A stretch of 64,000 nt of DNA from Piromyces finnis finn (GCA_002104945.1 MCFH01000021.1:62001-126000); one strand, 5' to 3'. Counted from the stretch's first letter, positions 1 through 21,430 are shown. Notes: a model not told the origin generated them from the letters alone. A program made the numbers and translations.

Positions 1-409
1 TTACTTTTTTAAAATAAAATAAAATGAAAAAAAAAAAACTTTTTTGTTTAAATTAAATTTTATAAGGCTTATATTATTTTACATTTTTGAATAAAATTTA
101 TTGACCTTTTTTTTTTTTTGTTAATTAATGTGTTATATGCATATGTAGATATGAATTAAGATTAAATACTTTTTTTTTTTTTTTTAATCTTTCTATTATA
201 TAAATTATTATTAAATAAATAGCTATTAGAAATAATAAATTAAAATATATATTATAAATTTTTAAAAGAATAAAATAATAATTCTTTTAATTTAAATGAT
301 AATTAAAATAGTGGATTATTTAATGGTGAATTAAATTATATAAAAAGAAATGAATATTGAAAAAAAAAGTAATCACTAGTATTAGATATTTTCCTTTAAT
401 TCTTTCGTC

Positions 410-440
<31 letters not shown>

Positions 441-596
441 ACATTATATGAATTATTTTAATTTTTTTCCTTGTTTTAAACTAATTTATACAATATCAAT
501 ACGATATGTGAATTTCTTTTTGTAATTAATGATTTTTAATGTAATAATTAAATGAAAATGTAATTTTAATGCTATTTTTTTTTTTTAAATATTTCA

Positions 597-2819
597 TTAA
601 ATTAATGAATTAATGATAGATTGTCCTATTTGAGGCTGTTGCTGTGGAGGAGATTGTGCATTTTTAAGTTCTGAATTACTTACACTGCTACTACGATGTC
701 TATTACCATTAACAATAGCAATCTGACTCTTTAAACGTTTTTGAGCAACACTATCTGCAAAACGAACTTGTAATGGATGATCAGAATTTGGCAACATTGT
801 ATTATTATAAGTATCAATGACACTTTGTGCAGCAGCTCTAGTACTGAATCTTGCAAAACCAACACCACGACTAACACCATCTTCGTTTCTTAAAATACGA
901 TGAGAGAGAACTTTATGTGGTTTAAAAAGATTCAAAAGTTGTTTTTCATCCACATCAATTGGTAGATTAGAAATATAGATATTCATTGAAGTACTATCTT
1001 CTAAGTTCTTTAAACGACTACTATAGGATTCTTGAGATGATGGTGTACCAGAGCGAGCAAACGAGACATAATATTTTAATTTATTTAATGCATCAATAGC
1101 TTTTCTTGCTTGTTCTTCAGTTTCATACATAACAAATCCAAAACCTTTGCATTCATTAGTGCGAATATCTACCATAGCCTTTGCCGAAACGATTGTACCA
1201 TATTGTTTACACATTTGGTATAATGAATCATCTGTAGTAGTAGATGATAAATTACGAATATAGATATTTGTAGAAGGTTGAATTGGTCCATTATTAGAAG
1301 TTGCTGATGGAGTAGGTGATGATAGACTTGGCATACAAGAGTTTGAACGAGATATATTATTCATAATATTATCTTTTGGTAAATCATCTGTTATATTTTT
1401 ATTTATAATCATACTGTTATTTGTACTTAGAATATCATCTTTTTTCATAGTATAAACATCTAAAACGTCGTCTCTTTTTGAAGAAAGACTACGATTAATA
1501 CCACTCATACTACTTATGTTTGAAGTTTGACTGTTAGACTTATTAATAAATGAATTTTGAAGTTTAAATGTATTATGAATTTGATAGAGTAAAGATTTAG
1601 CACTTAACCACCAATTTGAAGCATTAGAAAGTGTAATCGGTTTACCCATTTGAATTTCATTCCGCATATCACTACATATTCCAATATGTAAATTAAATGT
1701 ATAAAGAATATATTCTAAATTTCCTGTTTCAGAATAATTAATACTATCATCTCCAAAATCTTGGAAAACAAAAATTGTTTGTAATCTAGATTTCATCTTT
1801 TTTATTATTGAATCTGTATGGTAATACCATCCTTTTAAATATAGCTGTTGATTAGCTAAAATTATTAAATCATCAGTTAATTCACTTTTAACATTATTTT
1901 GGGTGATAAAACTATTTATTTCATTAAATTTTTGTTTAGAAGTGTAAATTAAAAGATCTAAATCATTTTTTAAATAATATAATTCATTTCCTAAATTGTT
2001 ATGTGGACTTGCTGGAGGAGTTGGGAAACTAGTACTTGATATTGGCATTGAATTACCACGAGTAATTTCGGAATAATAGTTATTATTATTTGATGAAGTA
2101 GATGGATGATGGTATTGAAATGATGGTAAAATATTGAAATCTCTTTCACGAGAATATATTGGTAAATTAAAGTTATAAGAGGTCTGTGAATTACTTCCAG
2201 ATAGAGTTGAAGTTTGCTGATTATTTAAAAATAAGGAATTGGATGTATTACCACTGTGGTTTGTATTTCCTTCAGAGATATTATGATTTAAATCTAATAA
2301 TGGATTGTTTATATTAGATTGGAATAAAGCTGGACTCTTTGCGTTGATTCCAATACTCATTTTTGAATTACCATTATTATCAGGGGTATTATTTAAACCC
2401 ATAATGGAATTTGTTGATGAGGCTACTGAAGCATTATCTAAAATGTTTCCATTATTATTTGAATTATCAAATGAAGAAATCGGATTATAATTTTGAGTTA
2501 AATGATTGTTCCATTTAGTCATTGGTACCCAATGATTATTATCATTTTCTTTCATTAAGAAACTTGATGAGGCTGATATTGCATCTTTTCTAATAGCATC
2601 ACTTCTGGATATGGCATCACTCCTAGTAATATTACCTACTACGTTTACAGAAGATGATCTTGTAATATTTTTATCAATTCCATTAAATAATTTAATCTCC
2701 TCACTTGGTAATCCATTAACACTTGATGAAGCGTTAATTGAATTAAATTTCGAGGCTAAATTTTTGTTGTTGTCATTCATTGACGATGATTTAAAATATG
2801 TATAAGTATTCAAAGTCAT
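597..2819 (-). CDS. RNA-binding protein with long low-complexity N-terminus and two C-terminal RRMs (RBMS/MSSP/Spo5-like), single exon
   Basis: 740-aa ORF. RRM1 TNIYIRNL...KGFGFVMY and RRM2 NIYISNLP...SRGVGFARF...PLQVRFADS have the RBMS1-3/MSSP tandem-RRM pattern. Confidence 0.85.
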   Translation of the reverse strand: MTLNTYTYFKSSSMNDNNKNLASKFNSINASSSVNGLPSEEIKLFNGIDKNITRSSSVNVVGNITRSDAISRSDAIRKDAISASSSFLMKENDNNHWVPMTKWNNHLTQNYNPISSFDNSNNNGNILDNASVASSTNSIMGLNNTPDNNGNSKMSIGINAKSPALFQSNINNPLLDLNHNISEGNTNHSGNTSNSLFLNNQQTSTLSGSNSQTSYNFNLPIYSRERDFNILPSFQYHHPSTSSNNNNYYSEITRGNSMPISSTSFPTPPASPHNNLGNELYYLKNDLDLLIYTSKQKFNEINSFITQNNVKSELTDDLIILANQQLYLKGWYYHTDSIIKKMKSRLQTIFVFQDFGDDSINYSETGNLEYILYTFNLHIGICSDMRNEIQMGKPITLSNASNWWLSAKSLLYQIHNTFKLQNSFINKSNSQTSNISSMSGINRSLSSKRDDVLDVYTMKKDDILSTNNSMIINKNITDDLPKDNIMNNISRSNSCMPSLSSPTPSATSNNGPIQPSTNIYIRNLSSTTTDDSLYQMCKQYGTIVSAKAMVDIRTNECKGFGFVMYETEEQARKAIDALNKLKYYVSFARSGTPSSQESYSSRLKNLEDSTSMNIYISNLPIDVDEKQLLNLFKPHKVLSHRILRNEDGVSRGVGFARFSTRAAAQSVIDTYNNTMLPNSDHPLQVRFADSVAQKRLKSQIAIVNGNRHRSSSVSNSELKNAQSPPQQQPQIGQSIINSLI

Positions 2820-5109
2820 GATTAATAATTCTTATTAATATAGTTATGGTTGGTTATATAATTGGTTATATATATGCTTTAATATATAATTATGTATACA
2901 AATAGTAATAATAATATATTTTTTTATTTTAGATTGCGATATTTAAAAATATTAATATAATAATTCATTTAATTCAATTATACCTTTTATATTATATATA
3001 TATTTTTTATTTTTTTTTAAATTTTTATTTATGAAAAGTATTGTTATTTTAAAGATATCGCTATTTATATAATAAACATAAAATATATATAAAATCTAAT
3101 GTAATTTTAATGACGTTTTTTTTATCTAAATATAATTTTAATATTTGCGCAATATATGTAATAAGTAAATATTGAATAAAACAGTATATTTATTAAAATG
3201 CTAAATTAATATTACTTTAATGAATATTATATTCTTGAATAAAATATGGTAATAATAAAGTGATTGTTGTTTATATAATAATTATTTAAATGAATATTTA
3301 AGATATATTTATAGGATAAGAATAAAAGATAATTGAAGTTTTTAATGATTTAAATATTTATGCTTCTATTTAATATATCCAACAACAGCTAATGATTGAG
3401 ATATACATATAAAAGAATATATTTTCTTTAATAAAAGTTGAAATTAATTTTTGTTTTTAAAATCACTCTTTAACATTAATAAACAAAGGATTTTAAATAT
3501 ATTCAAAAGCTTAATTTCAAATTAAGATTTAAATTAATTCAAACTTTAATTTTTCAATAATATAATATTTAATTATTGATTCTGTTTTTTAAATATAATT
3601 AATTAAAAAAAAATTGAATAAATTATCGAAATATTCAATAATTGAAAATATACTTAAAAAAAAAGATTTTAAAATTTAAATTAACTTAAATTCAATGTAG
3701 TTAATTGTTTTTTTTCTTAATATTATTTTTTTTATTTTCTAAATAAAACTATAATATTAATATTAAACAATAACAACAACAATAATAAATAATAAATAAA
3801 ATATAAGGTAAATAATATTAATTTTTAAGTATGCAATTAATTATTATCACTATTATATTTTTATTATTATTAGGGTCCTTTTTTTTACTCAAAAAACTTA
3901 CTACAAAAAAAAAAAAAAAAGATATATATATAATGCGAAGAAATATTTAAAAATTAAAAAATATTATTTGATAGAAATTAATTTATCTTTTATATATTAC
4001 TTTATATTTCAATATATTAGAATTATATATTAAATTTAATTTTAATAATAAACCATAATTATTAATGTTTCTATTTTTTTACAAATAACAATAGAACTAA
4101 AAAATAATATTAAATAATATGGAATAAATTACAAATATATAAGGATATAATTTAATATATTTAAGGAACATTATATATAATGTAATTTTTCAGAATATTA
4201 TATTTTAGGAATTAAAAAAAAGTATAAATATATATATTAAGTAATATTAACAATATATTACAATATATTATACATTTTTATACATGTTTTATTTAATTAA
4301 TCTAATATGTAATTTACATCTTTATTACAAAATTATATTCATTGTATTTGTTATATATAAAACTATATTAATGTAGTATAAAATTAATTAAATAGATTAA
4401 AAAAGTCATTTTTATAATAATTAAACTCTATTAATATAGAAAATAGATTTTTTATTATTTATATTAACTTTATATCAACAAAAAAAATGGATTATAAATA
4501 TAACCAATAATATGCTCTTTTTAAAAAGCCACTATGTATAGATTTATATATCTTAAATAATATTTACCATTTCAATATATAACTATATAAATACATTATA
4601 TATTATAATATATTTATTAATAAATTCACAATATATACAATTAATTAGATCTTTTTAATGTTAATTATAAATCTTTTAATGTATATATTTATAAATAAGT
4701 TTGATAGTTTTAAAAATAAATTTATATGTAATGTTTTAAGTAATGTATATTTTATAATTAATGCTGAAATGTAAAAATTTAACAAAACAAAAAATATATG
4801 TTATTTATGATTTTTCTTTTTATTTTTTTATGCTATTTATTATAATTATTTTTAATAAGATAGTAATATAAGAATTAATACAATATATTTTAATTATAAA
4901 AATAACACATGAATAGTTTTTTTATAATATAAATATAATTTTGATATTTTTATTATATTTACCGAATTATAAATATATAAAATAGTTTAAATGCAATAAA
5001 ATTAATATTAGATATTAAATTAGTGATGCATAATTTTACAAAAAAAGGATTTATTCAAAAAGGTAATTGAATTAAATGAGCTGAAAGAAATATATATAGT
5101 ATAGTAATG

Positions 5110-8100
5110 TTATTTTTTTTTGGAAATAATTCTGTCTCTCATGACATTTCCCTATATGTGGACAATATTGAATTATAAATTAGTGCATGTATATTATAAA
5201 TGATAATTTGAAAGTTGTTAATATTTAATTATTATTATTTTTGATTTTTTCTTTTCTTTTCTTTAGAGAAAAATTAAAATAAATAAAAATCATAATAATA
5301 TTAATTATTAACATTTTAAAATTTAAAAAAATATATTACTTTTTCATCCTTAATTAGAACTCTCCCACTTGGATATTGTGTAACCTGGATACCGTTAGAA
5401 TATACTGTTTTAGTTACACCATTCTGTTCAATTCTCTGACGATATTCTTTTGTTGTGATTTCCTTTAGAAATAAAAATAATGATTAGTAACAAATGGAAT
5501 AATTTAAAAATTTAAAGTATAAAAAATATTGACATATTAACACAAATCTTTACTTTTGATCCGTCAGAAAATTCAACTATTTTACTTCCGTTACTATTAA
5601 TTTTTTGTTTAGTGCCATCAGGGAAAAGACTAACTTCCTAAAAATTTATGATAATTTTTAAAATGTTCATTGTTAATATATCTTATGTTTTATAATTTAA
5701 TTTATTTGTAAAATTATTTATATTAATATTAGTAGGAATAAATTTTCATTATTTCTTTTATTTTTACCTCTCCATTACTGTATAAATATTTGATTGTATT
5801 ATCCGGGAATACTATTTCATTAGTTCCATCTGGATATTTAGTTTCTACTTGACCGTTACCAAATTTAAAGACTTCCATTCCATCACTATAAGAAGTCTGA
5901 GTAGTTTGAGTAGATGAATAAAAATAAACCGTCTTATCTCTCATCATCTTTTATAAGATATAATATATTATTATAATTATTAATATATAAATAACAAAAT
6001 AAATATATATATATAATATAACTTATTTTTAAGAGTTAATTAACCTCTTTAATATCCCCATTTGTAAATCTTATAACAGAATAATCTTCACTATAGATTT
6101 CTTTGGTTGTGCCATTACGATATAAAATAATTTCAATATCATTAGGATATACTCTTTTACGTTTACCATCACCTAATTCCCATTCCTATATACAAATAAA
6201 ATATTTATAAATTGGAATATATTATTTTATTATTTTATGTTTAATAATATAATAATATATTATAAATGATATTCTTTAAATATTATACTTCTAGTGGATT
6301 TGGCATTTCCAATTTTTTTTCAAGAGCTTCTAAAATTTCATTTTCTTCTATAACTTCATGTTTTTTGTACTCAATCCTTTTATTATATTATCAATAACAA
6401 TAAAATTTATTTTATATATAAATTTTAATTACAATTATTTTCAATTAAATATATTCTTTAATACTACTTATAATAATATTTGAAATTACTCTTCTGTATC
6501 AGATTCATTCACATCATAATTAGATTCGTTCCAATGATTAACAGATCCAAATGACACTCTTTTGTTTTGCTTTTCAAAGATATCTATATTACATAGTAAA
6601 TTTATTGTTAACATAGTTATTATTATATATATTATAATAAAAAACTTATTAATTCATATTATTATTAATGATAAATACTTTCATGGTTAGTATTATTTTC
6701 AGGAAAGTCATAATTATTAATAACATTATTATTAATTTCATGGTGATAAACATCATTTTCTGTCAAGACATAGTTATCATTAGTAATATTATAAACTTCA
6801 TTATCATCTTGGATTGCTTCAAATTGATTATTAATACTGGTTTGGTTTTCGTAAGCATGATTTAATTTGCCGTTGTTTTCATTTCTATTATTATAATTTT
6901 TCATTTGCTGATTCTTATTATAGTTCCAGTATTCATATTTTAAACTACTATTACTATATGCTGAGTTGTAACTATTATGGTAATTTGCAGTATCTTTATT
7001 ATTACTATAACTATTGTAACTATTTTTTTTATTGTAATAATGAGGACTCTGCTCATGTATTAAAGAAGATGATCTTTGTTTTACATCTATATTAGAGGGT
7101 GAATGAATATTATAATCCTTAGTATTAGAATAGTTAGATCCATAAGATTCATTATTATTTTCTTTATTACATTGATTTTGATTAGTTTTTAAAGAATAAT
7201 CAAAATTATCTATTCTATTTTCATTGTGAGCACTGATAATATCCACAATCTTAAATTCCGGTTGTAATTGAGACTGAGTAGGCCTATTATCTTTGTTTTT
7301 TATGTTAAGATTCAAATTAGAATTAGAGTTATTGTAGTTACTGTTATGATATGATTGATTATATTCCTTATTTCCGTTGCAATTTATTTTGGAATAGTTA
7401 GTATCATCATTAGCGTAATTAACAATTTCATTCATTTTTTCACTATTTGAAAAACGATTAGTTCCATAACTTGAGCGATTACTACATGTCGGACCAGTTA
7501 TATCGTTCGTAATATCATTAGAAAGTTTAGTATATGAATATGTTGATGAATCTCTCTGATCATTTTTATTACTTTTGTTTTTTTCCTTTTTGCTAGAACC
7601 ATATAAATCTTTACGAATAGGCGATAATGATCTAATGGTTTTTTTGATATTTCTATTAAGCTTACGTATTGGACTTTCACTTCCTGTAGATTTATGAAAG
7701 AAAGAAATAGCCTTACTTATACTGTTATTATGCTTATGGAATGATTTCCCATTAGTATCATTCATAGGTTTTTCATCACTAGTAATGAAATTATTATAAA
7801 GTTTTGGAGTATCTGGTTGATTATCAAAATGTTCGTCATTATTATTCTGATAATGTTCAGAGGAATTATTAAAAGGAATCATAACATTATTCTTATTTTT
7901 ATCATAAGGTGGTTCTATTTCATCTTCTCCTTCGCTACGATAATTACTAATAATTGGTGATGGATAACTTGTACTCATATTGATATTTCTATTATCTATA
8001 AAACTATACTGTTGACTTGAATTAATATTGTTTATGGAATGACTATTAGAGTTACGTTTATAATTATAATTATTTAATTGAGAATCACTAAATTCACTAA

Positions 8101-8463
8101 ATTAATTTCATATTATATATGTTTATTTATTGATATTAAAAATTTTATATTAATGATTAACAAATTCACAATATTTTTTTATATATAAAAATATAATTAA
8201 TGTATACCTTTCTCTTTTATTTGAATTATCATAGTTAATAGGTTCATGGAATGATAATCGATGAATTTTATGATTTTCATTAAATAATTTCTATAATATA
8301 TATAAGTTAATATGGAAATGGTTGAAATTATTCAATATATTAATAAATTATACCTGATTATTTATAGATAAAGTGGGTATAGAAGATTCAGTACTCATTT
8401 CACTATTTTCACTATATTCTTCTTCTTCTCCTTCTTCTTTACTATTATTATTACTATTATCAC

Positions 8464-8536
<73 letters not shown>

Positions 8537-11352
8537 GTTATTGATATTGTTATTGTCATTAGCATTAGTTTTTGTATTAGAATATATATTTATGCTCGAA
8601 TTAATATTAATATTAGTATTAGCGCTATTATTAGTTATAGAATTATTATTATCATTAATATTATTAATTAACATGGTGTTTTTTATAGTATCTCCATTTG
8701 AATTATTTAAATTATTGGTATTAATATTAAAATTAGAAGTATTATTATCCAAATTTTTTAATATCATTGTATCTGAATCTTTATTATTAGTAGAACTAAT
8801 TTCTGAATTTTTTGGATTGATCTTAAATTGAAGAATGGATGAATTTTTATTAATAATAATTTTGCTATCTTCTTTATTCTGAAAGAATGGAATTTTTGCA
8901 TATGTTGATTTTTTCGGACTTTTTCTATTATGAGTAGCAGTGACACAGGTATTTCTTAGTAATTGTTTCATCTCATCTTTTAACTTATCAATTTCCTTGA
9001 TATATTCTTCTTTTTCTGATTTTGTTTTTTTTTCAATAGTTTTTATTTTTTCTTTAAGCTCTTTATTTTCTTTTAGTAAACTATCCATATCTACATTGGT
9101 ATTACTATATAAAACATAGTTAATATAAAGTTAAATCGTAGTAGAAAATTATTATAAATGAAATTGTAATAAAATCAAAAATTATTTATACTTTAATTCA
9201 AGTTTATTAGATTTATTTTTTTTAATATTTTCTATTTCAAGTTGTAATTCCTCGTTTTTTTGTTTTAAATAATTAATATTCATCATTTCATTCCTTTTTA
9301 GTTCGTCAAATGAATTCTAATTTTATTATATAAAATATAGAAAATTATTAACCAATTAATAAGAATTTAAGTTAAAAATTTTTATTATTTATATTTAAGT
9401 TATAGAAGAAATTTACTTTTTCTTGTATTAATCTTTGATTTAATGTTGTAGTCTCATTTTGAAGCTTTTCTAGTCTTATATTTGCTTCTTTATATTTTTG
9501 AATTTCTTCTTTAAGTTCCTTTTATATATTTAATAAATTAATATAAATTAATAACTCATAAAAATAAAAAATTATATAATTAATAGATATTATTCATAAG
9601 AGTTAATTCTACCTTTTCTAGATCAGTATATTCATAATTATCTTTTAGAAAGTATAATAATATTAACATTAAATTTTTATTTCATTAAATATATAAATAA
9701 TGTTATAATATACAATAAATAGAAATAATATTTTTAAAAAAAGACTTACCATATTTAATATTATCATTTTCAATATTAATCATATAATTATTAAAAGAAT
9801 TGTCATCTTTAATTAAGTTAGTAATATTTTTTGATTTTTGCTCATTATATTGAGTTTTGGTAGAGTTTGGTGAATTTTTTTTGCACATATAATCATCAGA
9901 ATCATTACTATGGATAATATTAATATGATTATCCTTTGCATTTACTTTTGAACATTTATTATCATTTAAACAATTATTTTTATTTATATTAATATTTTCG
10001 TTATTATTAATAGAAGAATTACTTATATTGCTAATAGTATTGTTCTCATTCGAATTTTTATTAACTTTTGGACTAAATTGCATTTCATGATTAACTTGTG
10101 ACTCTAATAGCTGATACTCATTTAGTTCCTCATTTTTATGATTACACAACATTTTCCAATGATATTTATTGAGTTGTTTAAGAGGTTTCAAAATTTGTTC
10201 ATTTAATTTATTATCCTTAGATATAAGTTTTTTTTCTTCTAGATCAATTTCTTTAGGGGGAGAAGGAGGAGGAGGAGGATCTATATAAGATTTTGTTTTT
10301 TTTTTAATATTATTTTGATTAACTAGATTTGAAGGATTTTCATTTGTAAAAATTTTGGTACTTTTATTTTTTTCAAATAGCTCTTTTATTTCTGAGACTT
10401 TTGATTTTGTAATTTGCATTATTTCTTTATTGTCATTATAATTTGTATAATATTGCTTACACGGACTACCATTTATTTTATTGTAATTTTGATTCTTACT
10501 TATAATTGATTTTGTATTTTCAATATTATCATTATTAATATTATTAATATTACAACAATTTCTACCATTGTTAGATAAATAACAATCAAAATTTTTATAT
10601 AGATCTTTGTCGTTGAATTCACTTTTATTATCATAGTCGTTAACTAGTGTTGATATACTTGAATACGATTTTGGAATATTTCCTGTATTCTTGGTGTTTT
10701 GTCTTTTATCATTATTACTATTATAATTCATTGGATTACGATCTTCATCTTGATATGATAAAGTTGAAGAAATTCTTGAATGAATAGAGTAATTATTAGC
10801 ATCAGAATTAGTAATTTTTGTTGGTATTTCTGATATATTATTATCATTATTTATATTATTGTCGACTTCTTGAATAGAATTATTGTAATTTGACTCAGTA
10901 TCATCTAGATTATAATAATTCATTGATTTTTGAATATCATTTAAATTTTCTTCATGAATAGACATAATATTATAATTATAAAATGAATTAGTACTTTTAT
11001 TTTGCATTATATTGGTTTTTTTATTGTTATTATTATCAATATCAACTTCAACATCATTATTAACATCATCATCATAATATGTGGAATTATTACTACCATT
11101 TTCTGTGGAATTCTTACATTTATAATCATTACTATCATATAAAGGTGTGTTAATATTAGGTAAATTCAAATTTCCATTTATTTTTCTACTGATAATTGGA
11201 TTTTCAAGGTTTTCTTCCTTGTTATTCTTTATGTTTCCATTTTTATCACTACCTTGTTTTTTATCAGTCTGTATTTTTTCTTGTTCTTCTTTTAAACGTA
11301 ATTCAATTAACTCTTCAAAACTTAATGTATTAGGTTTTAAAGGAATTTCCAT
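5110..11352 (-). CDS. SAS4: Centriole protein SAS-4/CPAP (CENPJ) with C-terminal TCP10/G-box domain; multi-exon
   Basis: Spliced C-terminal exons read KTVYFYSSTQTTQTSYSDGMEVFKFGNGQVETKYPDGTNEIVFPDNTIKYLYSNGE...KEYRQRIEQNGVTKTVYSNGIQVTQYPSGRVLIKDEKGNVMRDRIISKKK* (TCP10_C). Coiled-coil and Asn-rich exons (ORFs 9703-11352, 8348-9088, 6665-7978) join through GT-AG introns at the junctions I checked. Confidence 0.85.
8466..8535. repeat. (TAT/AAT)n microsatellite encoding a poly-Asn tract in SAS-4
   Basis: Run of tat triplets, read as N repeats in ORF 8348-9088. Confidence 0.9.
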
Positions 11353-12336
11353 TTTTTAAATGTATTTTTTTAAAGTATAATATTATTATTCTTTGATTCT
11401 TTTATTGTTTCTATGTTAAATTTTTATATTTTATTGTTCTATTATAACCTCGTAAAATATACATACATATTATACACTATTAAAAAATTAAAGAAAAAAA
11501 AAAAATAAAAATTTAAAAATGAAATTTTAAAAATTTAATAAATTATAAATCCTATTAAAGTAAATTAATTTTTTTTTCAATTAATTAAAAAAAATTCATT
11601 TAATTAATTAATAATAATATAAAAAGTACAAAAATTTAATGTAACATTTAAAAAACAAGTTAATAATATTAATAAAAACGTTAAAATAAATATAATATAC
11701 AATATACTATATTTTAAATAATAACATAAAAATGACTTTGAATATTAATAGTATAGCTTAATAGGAAATAAAAAATTGAACTGTCTAATTTAATATATTT
11801 AAAATTTCTTCAGTATTGCCAAAAAAGGTAAAAATTAAATTAATTTTTTTTTTATTAAAATAAAATTTTGTTATACCAAATATTATTTTTTTTTAAATTA
11901 GAAAAAATATTTATATCATGGTTTTATATGTAATAAAAACGAGTATTTTTTTTATACATTAAAATAAAATTTAAAATAAAATTGTAACATTTTAAAATTT
12001 TTAAATAAAAAGATAAATTTAAAAATTTGAATAATTGATATATTGATATTTTTACTATTATATATTTATTATATATAATATAGTTAGAGAATATTTAGAT
12101 TTTAAAAACGTAACATTTATATTCTCTTAATTATTATATTTTTTAATATTTATTAATATTATTCAGAATTTTTTCTTGTATTATTTTTTTTAAAGTATAT
12201 ACATAAAAATTTCAAATTTTAATCTTAAGCTTATTACTTTTTTTTAAATTAATTAAAAAAGATCTATATTATGAGTAATGCTTTAAAATTTGTAATTTTA
12301 ATTGTTTTATTTTAAACATTTTTTTTTATTAAATTA

Positions 12337-15159
<2,823 letters not shown>

Positions 15160-16375
15160 CACTTTCGGCTGTCTTTTAAATAGTCTAAAAATTTTGGATT
15201 AATTTGAAATTTGATAAAATGGGAAAATAAAAGAGGTATGATGAAGAAAAATAAAAAATAAAAACGAAAATGGAAAAATAAAAGAAATTAAAAATAAAAT
15301 AATATAGGAAAAAAAAAGGAATATGTAATGTATTATTAAAAGAATTGGAATATATTATATTAATATTCTTTTTTGTTATTATCGTTTTGCTTTAATTTTT
15401 AGTTTTCTTTAACTATTCTGATATAATTAAAAGATATAATAATTTATTATATATTATATTATTGAATAAATATTCTAATATTATTATATTATTTTTTAAA
15501 TAAATAGTATGAATATCTTATAATAGATATATAAGTATGAAGAAATATTTTTTTCTTTTTTTTCTTTTCTTTTTTTTTTTTTTTTGTATATAATAAATTA
15601 TTATTGTTGTATAAAGTATTCTAATAGTTATTAATAGATTTTTAATATTGCGTTTATATTGAATAAGTTAATAAATAAATATGTTTTTAAATGAATATAG
15701 ATGTCATTTTCTTTATAATATTGTATCCTTAAAAGGTATTTGAAAAAAAATAAATAAAAATAAACAAAAATAAAGTAGGATGAAATTGGAAAACAAATAT
15801 TTAAAATAATTTTATATATTTATAAATAATAATTATTAAAACATACATGTAGTAAAATTGATAATTTAACCTTCTTTTAAAAAGAATGCAAGTTTTGAAA
15901 ATAATTAAATTAATGTGCAGTTATTTCTTAATAAAAATTAAATTTATTAAATCAAAATTGTTTTTTTTTTTTTAAAAAAAACATAAAATTATGGATGACA
16001 TTTTCAGTTTAATAAATATTTTTTTAAAGTACCTGCTATTAAAGTTTATTTATTATAATTAGAAATTTATAAATATTTTAATAAAGATATATAAAACAAT
16101 AATAATGATAATAAAAATAAGTAGCTATATTTAAGAAATTATAAATCCTACTATAACCGACAATTATATAATGAAAAATATAAAATTGATATTTTAATTA
16201 AAAATGAAAAGAAAAAAAGTTTTTAAAAATTAAACTTTAAATTAATTGCTTATAATTTTTTAATTATTTTATATTTTTTTTTAACATGTTAAATTAAATG
16301 AATTGATTATTGTTATAGATTAATATATTTATTTGATACTATTTACAGTTATTATCAAATAAAATTTATTATCCC

Positions 16376-19793
<3,418 letters not shown>

Positions 19794-20310
19794 TTTTAAT
19801 ATAATATATGTATATAAAACCAAAAAAAAAAAGTATATAATAAATAATAAATTTTTGTATATTAGATAATAAAATGAATATTAGGAATGGATTTTAAATA
19901 TAAATATAGAAAAAAATACATTAATAAAAATTAGTTATTCTTTCAATATTAATATTATTTATAACCATATAATTTGTAGCCCATAAATAAAACTATAAAG
20001 AAAAAAAGCGATGTATAGTATAATTAATTAATTAATTAAAATAATGCTTTGAAAGGAATACTAAAACTTAAAATAATACTAAATTTTTCTTTAATATTAG
20101 CATAAATTTATTATTGATTGAAACATAAGTATTCAAATATCAAAAAATTTTTTAATAATGATTTTATTAATATTTAAAATTTTTTATAGATTTTATTATT
20201 CGGTTTTTATTGGATAATTAATAATTATATTAAAATTAAATTTATTCTATACTAATTATAGTGTGTATATTATTAGAAATGAATTTCAAAGAAATAGCAA
20301 TAATAATTGC

Positions 20311-20346
<36 letters not shown>

Positions 20347-20510
20347 CTTTTTGGTATTTAATTCAAATTAAAAAAAGTATAAAAAAATATGGATAAATGA
20401 ATAAAAAATTTAATTTTAAAATTTTATTAATATGCTAACTTGGTTATTTTAATAAAACTTCAATAATATTTAATTAAAAATTTAAATATTTTTTTTTTTT
20501 TTTTTTTTTT

Positions 20511-21430
20511 TTAAATATTTATTGTACTGGTAATGACTTTTTTGTAGCTTAATTATAATGGAAAGAAATTATAATTTAATAATCCATCCTAAATGATTTT
20601 ATATAAAATAAAATAAAATAAATTAATTATAAACTATTATATAGTATTATTAAATAATTATAAATTATAATATTAAATACATACTTTGCGAAAACAATCT
20701 TTTTAGAATTTCTATAGTTTTTAATTCCACGATATACAATTATTATTATTATGAGTATTAGAAATAAGCCCAAAAGAAAAAAAACCCAAAAATCTTTAAA
20801 AAACTTTATTATTGTTTCTGATAAAGTTAATTTTGAATTTACAGTAACACATATTTTTGCTTGTGTATCACAAATATTACTAAGACACTCACTATTGTTA
20901 TTACAAGGTTCATGATTCATCAGAAGACATTTTACAGAATAATTTAAATTTGTATCATCTTTGCTTAATGTGCAAACATAGGCAGGTTTACTCTCATTAA
21001 TTTCGCATATATACTGATCTTTATTACATTTACCAGAAAAACATTTAGATTGAGAACAATCTTGATATTTACAATCTTCAAATATACCCCAATTTTCATT
21101 GTCATATCCATTTTCATCAGAAATACTTCCAAGTTTATCTACATTTATTTTTGTTTTAGATTGTGTTTGTTCATTTATTTCTGTAATTTTATTTTTGATT
21201 GATAAATTGCAAGAATTCATTGTAAGATTGTGTATATCATAGGAATCAGTTTTATAATATGGCCAACGATAAAAATATTCATAATTAAATTCACCGAGAG
21301 ATAGTTTAAGACAGTTATCAGCTTCATGACAAAACATATAAATATTACAATACCCAACATTTGTATGTTGTGGAATATAACAACCATTACTGTAATCAGG
21401 GCAATCATTATTTATATAACATCTTTCTCT
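20511..21430 (-). CDS. Cys-rich single-pass membrane protein (Dickkopf-like Cys pattern); 5' exon not resolved
   Basis: Frame reads RCYINNDCPDYSNGC...CKYQDCSQSKCFSGKC...CLLMNHEPCNNNSECLSNIC, then TM helix FWVFFLLGLFLILIIIIIV and a basic tail; short last exon NYKKVITSTINI*. Confidence 0.7.

Noticed and set aside
8373-8831. Leu-rich + strand ORFs (also 19417-19692 and 47045-47422) that look like membrane proteins
   Set aside because: Antisense shadows of poly-Asn exons.
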